DNA from: Bigelowiella natans CCMP2755
Taxonomy: Eukaryota; Protista; Cercozoa
DNA: 64,000 nucleotides
Assembly: GCA_000320545.1 (NCBI GenBank)
Contig: ADNK01001329.1
Span: forward strand, 37,846 to 101,845
Direction of reading: 5' to 3'
The position numbers and the translations under genes are program-made. Below the pieces are notes generated by a model that was given only the letters and a program-made list of their open reading frames with translations, had not been told where the DNA came from and did no database searches. Numbering within the stretch: position 1 is the first letter of the stretch; every line of letters begins with the position of its first letter. Of the stretch, positions 55,036 through 64,000 are shown one piece after another.

Positions 55036-55479
55036 CAGAACATCATGGCATACGGTATCTCACCTGGTTCCAAGTAGTAGCACCAGTACACTCTCGTTCT
55101 TCAAGCGCACCAGCTAGCATTGTAGCACGATAAGCCGTATGCATGTGTATAGATCAGAAAAACTAGAAGTATTTTCGAAGCATTATGAATATAAATCACT
55201 TTTGCTGTGCGATGCCAATGCAACAGGTGAATTCTTTCAATTATACAATAGCCATCCTAATGTAGCTGGCTACAGCGCTTATGTTGTGTGTATATATAAT
55301 ATGAATAAACCACATTCTATCAATAGTCATCTTATTGTAGCTGTGCAAAGCTGCGTCTACAGCGCTACGATTGTGTTCATTGACTTTAAGATGACATCTG
55401 TTCCACATCTGTTGAAGGTGTGACAAAGGATGCATCAAAGCAATGTCGTTGTAGTAGTAGTAGTTGTTGTTGTCATTGA

Positions 55480-56010
55480 CTAGTGTTCTTGCAGTGCCCG
55501 GGGCAAGCCACTCGCCCGCGCTAATTGATGCGCGCGAATCTAGCTAGCTGCTAGGTTTACTTGCACTTTTCAATCACTAGCTTTTGGCTTTGTCATCTCT
55601 GCCGACTGTCCATTCTTGGTTGTCCACTTTGGAGGCAAGAACCACGCGCCGCGAGTTGCTGATCCCACGTGTGAAGGCCACAAACGCGCTTCACTGCACA
55701 ATCGCGATCTTGATCGCCACACGTGCGTCGAAAGCAAATCAAAACTCCCACTCAAACGCGAGCTTGGATTGCAATGTGTGTGAACGTGAAAACCATCTCG
55801 TGAAACACGACATGATGAATGTGCGAAGTGCAATGACAACGGTGATGTTCTCATCACAAAGCGGAAACGTGTGCACGCCAGATGCATGTGCTGATCGATG
55901 GTAGTTGCGCGGAACTGTGTGCGCTGGCGCACATGTCACGTGCATGTGGCTATTTTGTCAGCTTGAGGCATGAGAACACAGCAAGGTGCATGCCATCGTT
56001 GGTTCGATCA
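55480..56010. other. Convergent spacer (UPM1/hypothetical) with TpA-free core
   Basis: CTAGCTAG at 55540 and no TA dinucleotide in 55581-55901. Confidence 0.75.
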
Positions 56011-56165
56011 TGATCGTTTGCATCTTTATTTTATTCACAAATAGGCCATCTGTTCCTTCAATTTTACAAGATGATGCCATTTTACCGTCAAGGATTATGG
56101 CAATTTCTAGAATAGTCTGGTGTATGTACATAAATTTGTATGGACACATATTATTGATCTGGAGT

Positions 56166-57520
56166 TCATTTTCTTCGTGAGATTCCAGATTGTTTAGATT
56201 CATTCTTCATGTTTTGAAATCCAGCGTGTGTTTTGGTGGAGTCAGTATTGTTTTTCTGCTTCATCATATGATTGGTTTTATTGAAGGGGCTTGGAAAGTA
56301 CCCTAACAGCATTGAAAATATTTTGGATTTCGATCCTTTGTCTTCACGGCGGGAGTTACTATATTGGGACGATGAATGTCTTTGAACGGGTTTCGTATCT
56401 TGATCAGTTACCACTTCCGTTCCAATGACTAATGATTTCTCACTGATTGAAGACATTTCACTTTGTCACGGACACGGTGTATATTCAAGATCTCTACTTT
56501 GGCACTTTTCCGTGCATTGGTAGTGTCCGACATTTGATTCACGGACTGTAGTGGAAGTGGAGACACAATGTTGGCAATTTTTGATCTATTTTGTAGATGA
56601 GACAAACCACCAAACGAAGAAGATTTTTTTATCCGATTGCCCACACGAGGAGACGGGAGACCAACCGGACGGAACTCATGCGAGCTGCCGGAAAATGGCG
56701 TGGAAACTTGAATTTTCAGTGCTGGTGATTCTATGACTTTCTGGTCCGAATTAGAATATGAAGGAGAAGAAAACCTTTCGGGGGCGGAATTTGTGAATCT
56801 GCGAGGTGAAAATCCACTCTTCTCATCATCAGATTCCGAGCCCTCGGATTCAGGTTCCTGACCGAGGAGAACAGACTTAAAGAGGATATTGCAGTCAGCT
56901 AGCTGTGATGAGAATCCTCTCACTAAGTCTGCAGAGCCCAAGCTTTGTAATGTAACTTGGGGCTTTCTGGCGCAACAACGCTGGAAGTCTATTTTCCTAG
57001 CACGCTCGATGTCCCAGCTTGCGGTTCGCCTTAGTTTCACAAACTCTACGTTTGTATTTTCGTCCAAGCCTGTTTGTATTCGCCGTTTGAAGGGCTTGAA
57101 GGAGGAGCGGGACATTGGTAGAACCTCTCCCCCTTGGGGCTGTGGACGATGAGGCCACGGAGCGTGGTGTCTGGATGCGGCAGGATGATCTTCTGAATGA
57201 TCTTAAGTGAGCTAAAAAATCGAAGGGGAATTAATAATAGAAACAATTAAGAAATGTCGTCGTACTCGCAAACGCTGGTAGTATCTGCTGCCTTGCGTAA
57301 CCGCCTCTGGTGCAGTTCAGGAGGTTTCGGCCAAGGATGTCCAAGCTAAATTGGTGAGATAGATTTGGTCGTCTTCAAAGTTGGCGGCAAACATGGCAGA
57401 ACTATTTATTTTTTCGCGCAAAAATGAAGGCGCCTTGTAGTCGACGACTTCTTACCAGCTCAGCAACTCATTCTCATAGACTGTGCCTTTATTATCATGA
57501 AGATATTTCCTAGCACAACT
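56166..57520 (-). CDS. Hypothetical Ser/Pro/Arg-rich protein
   Basis: A 228-aa ORF (56429-57115) and a downstream 96-aa ORF (56166-56456), with short spliceable upstream exons. The composition is disordered-like and the 5' end is uncertain. Confidence 0.45.
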
Positions 57521-57874
57521 ACTGATGGTGAGCAACATCCCTACAACATGCATCATGATCTAAATTTTTTTCTTTTTTTTCTTTTCTTTCTTTTTTTTTC
57601 CCTCGAAATTCTTGCTCGTACTCGTATTCTCTTCTCATTTGGGGAAAGAAAAATAGTGGGGTTGTAGGGTATCCATCCACACCAAAAAATTCTTCTAAAT
57701 ATGTTGTCTGCGACTGGATCAGCATTCTTGTCGCATGTTATTTTTACACAATCATCCTTCACCCAACTACCTTGTTTTGGGGGGGGATGTAATTGACTTT
57801 TGGGAAATCCGCCTGTGAAATGCGAAATCATTCAAAAATTTTGCTTCGCATTTAGGGCTGAATATCGGGATGAT

Positions 57875-59726
57875 ATGATGCTGTTGTGGATGGTGGTGCA
57901 CGTCTGCACACTGGCATCATCGACGTCGAGGTAAAACAGATGAATCAACACGTGCCTCCATAGGAAGATAGTGAGAAGGAACAGAAGAAGGGAAACGATT
58001 TGACGAGGAGATTCATTTCAAAGGCGCGTGCGACACCGAGAGTTTTCATGCTTTGCTAACAACCCGTATTTTCAGGCCACAGCATGCGAAACAACATTTT
58101 GCTCGTCTCCGTTTCACAAGCCGAAAGCATCGACTCGGCCAAGGCTCTCCCATCTTCACCCCTACAGGTGATGCTCGGGCCCCCCTGCACCGTTGCGGCA
58201 GACAAAGTAACAAACCGACAGACCCTTTTGAGAAATATCAAATTGCATCTAGATTATAAATGTTGGTTTACATCGCAGCTTCAGCAATTTACCGTGGGCA
58301 ACGCAATCTGAGGGATCCATCAAAACTAAAAGTCTCTGCTCTAATCGGCAACTGGGACGAATCTCTCGTGGTGTACATGTCAGATCCCCATCCACCCTTG
58401 GATGCGAGCAAAAAGGTGGCGAATACAGGCGACTTTGTCAAGGTGCTCGAAATGAAAGACTATTTAATGAGAAGAGCTGGTTTAGGAATGAATTAGATAT
58501 GAAGAACCTATAAAGGCGATATGACACTGAGTTTATAGGTTTTCTTTGTCGGGCGCGGTGAAACCGGAGAGATAAAGGACACGAACGTTGGCGGTGATCC
58601 TCTGGTAAAAAATCAGATTATAGTAGATTTAGTTATATGTGACAATTTGCGGCTGCTAACGATTATATTAATAACATCATTACTTCGCTTCACCCATGAT
58701 GGCATGACGCGTCCGTTGACGTTCCTGCTAGTCACATATTTTAACTTGAACAAACAATGTAGCCTTTGATTTGATTGATGGGGAGAAAGATCACGCGAAA
58801 TAAGAACACATATCTATCTAGGAGCTGAGACTCAACAGCCCTGGCTCGTATAAATCAGCGTTCGAATCTGCAACTAGAGGTATAGACAAATGCATATTCT
58901 ATTCATGAACGAAGGCACATAGGAGGTTATTGTATATGTTGTGTGGATACATCATCACTCTGTTGGAAATATCACTGTGCCAGGGATGCAGATGGGCCAG
59001 ACGCGGCGTGTGAAAGTCAACTGCACTGGACGTTATTCCTATAGACCGGGACTGGTAACGAACACTATGAGGGCTGCTGAATATGCCCTTGACTATTACT
59101 AGGATCATTCCAAATGCAAATCTTATTCCCCCTCCACGATGCAATCTATGCACGTGGATGTATGCCTAATGTGCGCGCACAAACACTCTCACATACTCGT
59201 ATGCACGTATTATGTGTATGTCTGTGTTTGTGCATGTGCATGTGTGTTTTATGCATGTTTGGACAGGTAATGGAAAAGGACGAATTTCATTAAAATTCTC
59301 TTCACGATTCCTTGGAAGATGGCAATCCTCATGGTTATCTTTCGCCTCCCCCTCTTTATCATCTCAGGTCCAGAATATACCAAGAGAGCTCATTCCTACG
59401 GGGGTGCACAAAGGGTACCTACAGCATTTTGTATGAATTTTCGCCTCCGTAAATTTTCATTTAATATACATATGTGTGTGTGTGTGTGTGTGTGTGTGTA
59501 CGCATGTTGTTTTGCGGTTCAATAGACTGTTACGATCACCATAATTTATGTCCCTTATTAATCTCTCCCCTCCTTCTCCTCCCCCCCCTATTTTTATTAG
59601 AATCTGGATCGAGATAGAAAATGGAAATAGGGGTGGTCTCTCTTTTTCCTTGAGATAGATATAAAAAACCTAGTGCTCTTGACATTGTCATCATCACCCC
59701 TTCTTTTTCCCCCCCCCCCCCCCCCC

Positions 59727-59783
<57 letters not shown>

Positions 59784-61132
59784 ACGTCTCTGCAAATTTT
59801 CTCTTGGCATCACCATCCCTTTTCTTGTAGTTTCTGTATACATTTCTTCTTGAAGTGTATAAATTATCCACAATCAATCACAAATTTGCACGTCGTGTGT
59901 GGCGAATAGGGAGGGTCGTGGAGATGAGTGACAGGTTCTGCACCGTCGATTTCAATCATCCATTGGCCGACGCTGGAACTGTTGATTTCGGTCATAATAT
60001 TCGCTACTTTCTAGATTTCACTCAATCCCCGTAGTCCTTGGCGAACGGTCGTTGTAGTGCATTCCGCCTCGCCTTCCCTGCGAATGTAGTGTGTTTGATG
60101 GGCTTTGACGATGCATTTATACGCTACCACCAGACATAACCCTTCACGAGATATTCACCGAAGAAGGGCCTGTGCTCGATTTTGGAGGCGCTTTCGACGT
60201 ACCTACCCACTAACGAGACATCGTATAAGAATCATGTATACATGGCTGCTGAACGGTTGCAAGTATATATTTATGGATGGTATTGAATACAAACTTTACG
60301 TCAATATCCGCCGACAACATCTTGTCCGGAAAAAGATGCTACCATGTGCGTCATGCTACGGATCACACGTTAACGCTACCGACTACTTTCGACGCCATTG
60401 TGTATTGATTAGGACGAGACGATTGAGGAGCGAGCGCAGGTGATTCTTATTTTGTGCGCATGTTGTTGTTCCATTCGTTCTATATATACGATCCTCCCCC
60501 CGGACCGACATATCATTCTCTCCAGTCCATGATGAGAGTGCCAAAAGTTTTATCAAAATAGCCTGTTCCAGTGGTATATGACACCACTCTTATCATGTCC
60601 AGATGGTGCAGGGAGTTGTGGAGGAGATTGAAGGGATACGCCGTGTCGCGCAAGGTATTGCCAGCTTGACGGCAGTAGTAGTTTTCTTAAGGCGATGTTG
60701 GAAGGAGCATGATTCCTCTCTTCTCATGGTAACGTGCAGTCAGTAAGGCGGAGACGAGATTATTGCCCGTGTTCACAACTTGTGTTTCAATGCTACATTC
60801 CATGGCTCTAAACTTAAAAGCTTTGGATTTTTCTGATTTCCTACATCCTCCAACTCTTCTTCATCCTCCTCCTCCTCCTCCTCATCATCATCATTAAAAA
60901 AGATCCAGCTTTCGAGGAGTCGATGCTTAAGGAGACGCTTCCAACTCCCTCTCTATTTGCGGATATTCTAAATCAACGTATGTATTAGAAGAAGAAACAG
61001 AGGAGGGGCAAAACACACCACGTGCAATATTTTTCCATCTCAGACAAACAATGTAGTAGTCCCCTCTTTATACAAATAATACACACACACATACACATAC
61101 ACACATGCACATACACATACACGCACATAATA

Positions 61133-61172
<40 letters not shown>

Positions 61173-61415
61173 TATTACTTCTGCGTTTTAGAAAATGGTT
61201 TGGAGTCGCTTTCGGAGACGTTAGGAATAAATCTTCGCTCAGAGGAAATGGCGATAACGGTGGTTGACACGGCTACTGGCAGAGTGTATCGAACGATCAA
61301 CAGCAACTACGATGACCAGGTTCCGTTGAAGGAACCTGGAAACGGCAGGGGTACTGGCAAAGAAGATGGGCCTCGGTTTGAAGCACGAATTGCGAACAAC
61401 AGCGAAGACTCTTAA
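57875..61415 (+). CDS. SlyD/SlpA(FkpB)-type FKBP peptidyl-prolyl isomerase with insert-in-flap domain and bipartite targeting leader
   Basis: Spliced MMLLWMVVHVCTLASSTSR / PQHAKQHFARLRFTSRKHRL... / KVANTGDFVK / VFFVGRGETGEIKDTNVGGDPL / ELRLNSPGSYKSAFESATR / GMQMGQTRRVKVNCTGRYSYRPGL / VQNIPRELIPTGVHKG / IWIEIENGNRG / RVVEMSDRFCTVDFNHPLADAGTVDF / DITLHEI. VDFNHPLA is the SlyD/SlpA/archaeal FKBP signature. Confidence 0.85.
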
Positions 61416-61958
61416 AAAAAACGAATACTAGCAGCATTTGCTAGTTTGTGGATGGTTTCCAGCATGGGCATCATGCTACCGCTAGTGACTCCTTGCTTTA
61501 TTACTTGTTCTTGCTGTGGTGTGTACTACCCAGAGGGAGGGATGTACGAGTATATGCGTACACACACGCATATTTATTATACGTCAGCTACACGCACATG
61601 ATAGACATGCAACACAATGTCACATGTGTTCATGATAGCTATTCAATTATAGACACTATGTCTATTATTTCATGTAATGCAATGTGTATGTATGTATGTG
61701 TGTATATGTATCCATACATGTGCACATAGTGCAAATCACATTACTGCTGTGTCTATCCTCAGAGCCCCACATGATCTTTGGCACAGTGAAATGGTTGATG
61801 AATGCACATGTGGTGATAGACATGCAATGCACTTTTCTCATGCACGTACATCCTAATGGAGCCTCAAGGCTCGTTCTGATGAGCATCATGCATGCCATGC
61901 ATCACTACGCTCAGTCAAACACACAAAACTGAAAACAGGTGCGCTGTGCGTGGGTGCT

Positions 61959-62479
61959 CACGGCCGCCACAGCCAGGCCCTGCTAGCCTGGCGTGATCAG
62001 GATGTCCGAAATTGCAAATGCGAGCTCACACAGGCGACTAGCAAGCGCAGCACAGCGCGTGCATGCGTGACCACAAACACATGTCAGCTGGGTTGCGGGC
62101 TGCAATCTGCAAAAATTCACATTTTCGACAAAATGTGGTCAAAACATGCATTTTTGAGGTTTTGACGCACATGGAAAGGACGAATTTCGTACCAATATTG
62201 AACAAACATGGAAACAAAACCGAGGCGTGTCACAAAAATTTGAAGCGCAACTCGTTTCGTGCATGACCATGCTAGCATGCTGGCATGGAATTTGCAACGA
62301 AAAGGTCCCATGCATGACCGACATCGCATTCAGACACAATGCAATGTGCATGCTAGCATGTGAAAGCAATTTGAACGCATGCGCGCGCAAAATGGATTTT
62401 GCCAACGAAAATCCGGGATCACAGATCACGCTACGCTAGCACGCCCAGCCGGCGCGCGGGCCTGGCTGTGGTGGCCGTG
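61959..62479. mobile_element. Non-autonomous DNA transposon (MITE), 521 bp, with CAC...GTG termini and a 3-bp TSD (CACTA/CMC-like structure)
   Basis: The left TIR (61959-61980) CACGGCCGCCACAGCCAGGCCC matches the reverse complement of 62458-62479 (GGGCCTGGCTGTGGTGGCCGTG) at 21/22. GCT flanks both ends (61956-61958 and 62480-62482). There is no transposase ORF. Confidence 0.8.
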
Positions 62480-63219
62480 GCTCATTTCTTGATCACCATG
62501 CCATGTTGCGTACGCGCATGCTAGCATGCGTGCATGTCTAGATGTGCGCCCCACTGCATGCATGCTCCATAGCTAGTCATGTTCGACCACCGACCACGTG
62601 TACAAGTCACCTAGTTGTTTGCCACATGCTCGTGGTCTAGCGGTGATGTGTAACTACGCAGCAGCGCACATGCGTTTATGCGTTCTGTGTCATTATTACC
62701 GGTTAGTACATTGTCGCACAAAGAGCATAGATGTGTATCGATAATTTATTATGCTACAATACGACACAACGCCCCAGCCACAATTTAATTTTGTCAATGT
62801 GCGCAAAGCATTCCACATGTTGGCTATGCATTTTGACTTGGAAGCTTCGTATAATAATCTGATAAGAGTTCCTATGCATGCGTACCTTCAAAGAACAAAA
62901 ATTCGAAAACTAATGTGCAACTTTTTCTTTGAACATGATGGAAGACTGGTCAAGATGACAAACATGGGTTATAAATAATAACGACTGTGGATTTGCCGTG
63001 CGAATCTCGATGAAGAGGTACCAATAAGGGGAGAAAAGATACTCACAGAATATACACATCTATACACACACAAACACACAAATTCTTGAGCTCCAAAATG
63101 GAGGAAGATGGAACGACTAGCTACTGAAATGGCTATTCCATGAATGACTCACAAAGACGATCAATACATATTTACTCACACCCACCACACACACACACAC
63201 ACGCACACACACATTTATG

Positions 63220-63256
<37 letters not shown>

Positions 63257-63679
63257 GGCGCTAAGCAAGACTCTTACTAATTTTTTTCTTCAAATTTTTG
63301 TACAATAAAACGTAGTAGGAAGATCAAGTGGGATAGAAACCACTGCCAACGCACAGAGCCGCTGCTACTCTCAGATGGCATTCTCATTAATTTGGATTTC
63401 CCGCTTCCTTTTCTTCTACTTGCATATATCATTCTAAGATCATCATTCGACTGTATAGGTAGATCGGGTTTAGTATTTTTTGATTGTTGAAGAAAACGAC
63501 GTATTCTCTGTCAATTACTGTTTGATATATTATATTTGTATGATAGGATCTGCTGCCCTAAAGGCAAAAAAGGTACATAAACAACGATGTATTATTTAAC
63601 ACGAGTGGGGCTCTTCTCTTCCTGGATTAAGACTGAAAAGCGTATCAAGCAACCCACACCAAAGAAGCAGCAGCCGACC

Positions 63680-63685
63680 ATATAT

Positions 63686-63775
<90 letters not shown>
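63680..63775. repeat. (TA)n microsatellite, about 95 bp
   Basis: Nearly perfect TATATA... run with two AAA interruptions. Confidence 0.95.
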
Positions 63776-63778
<3 letters not shown>

Positions 63779-64000
63779 TGCGGCGCCCTGTGTGTGTGGG
63801 TTGATGCGACACGCCTGTCTCTCTCACGAGAGAGAAAAGAGACACACGCGCGCGCGAAAATATATATATATGTGTGTGTTTATTTTTTATCGGGAGGGAG
63901 AGAGAGACACACACATATATATATCTCACTGTCTCAGAGAGAGAGTGTGTGTGTCTCTCTCTCTCTCTATATATATATATCTCTATCTATCTATATACAC

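Noticed and set aside
62751-63600. Possible exons of another gene (75-aa ORF and short AG..GT segments)
   Set aside because: I could not assemble a consistent reading frame or a recognisable product.

Overview
This is eukaryotic nuclear DNA with GT-AG spliceosomal introns and many microsatellites. Three genes carry signal peptide plus transit-peptide-like leaders, which points to an alga with a secondary plastid (chlorarachniophyte-like; an inference). I can reconstruct about 15 genes: katanin p80-like (partial), RPS6, Arp3, GINS Psf2, a multi-exon hypothetical gene, a two-pore channel, coatomer beta', a two-RRM nucleolar-type protein, a FYVE-J-FYVE-PX-coiled-coil protein, FAB1/PIKfyve, a plastid-type DnaJA, uroporphyrinogen-III methyltransferase, a SlyD/SlpA-type FKBP and two further hypothetical genes. 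The most unusual signal is architectural and compositional. Fourteen consecutive genes form seven head-to-head pairs. The eight spacers downstream of gene 3' ends (six of them demonstrably convergent) are rich in TG/CA, TGCA, CATG, GCGC and CTAG. In their cores TpA is nearly erased except inside CTAG: 761-1981 has only 4 TA dinucleotides, all in CTAG. This suggests a localized, context-specific T>C / A>G mutational or DNA-modification process acting on termination zones and dead elements. A 521-bp MITE with 22-bp TIRs and a 3-bp TSD sits in the last spacer. Exon boundaries were read by eye and are approximate.
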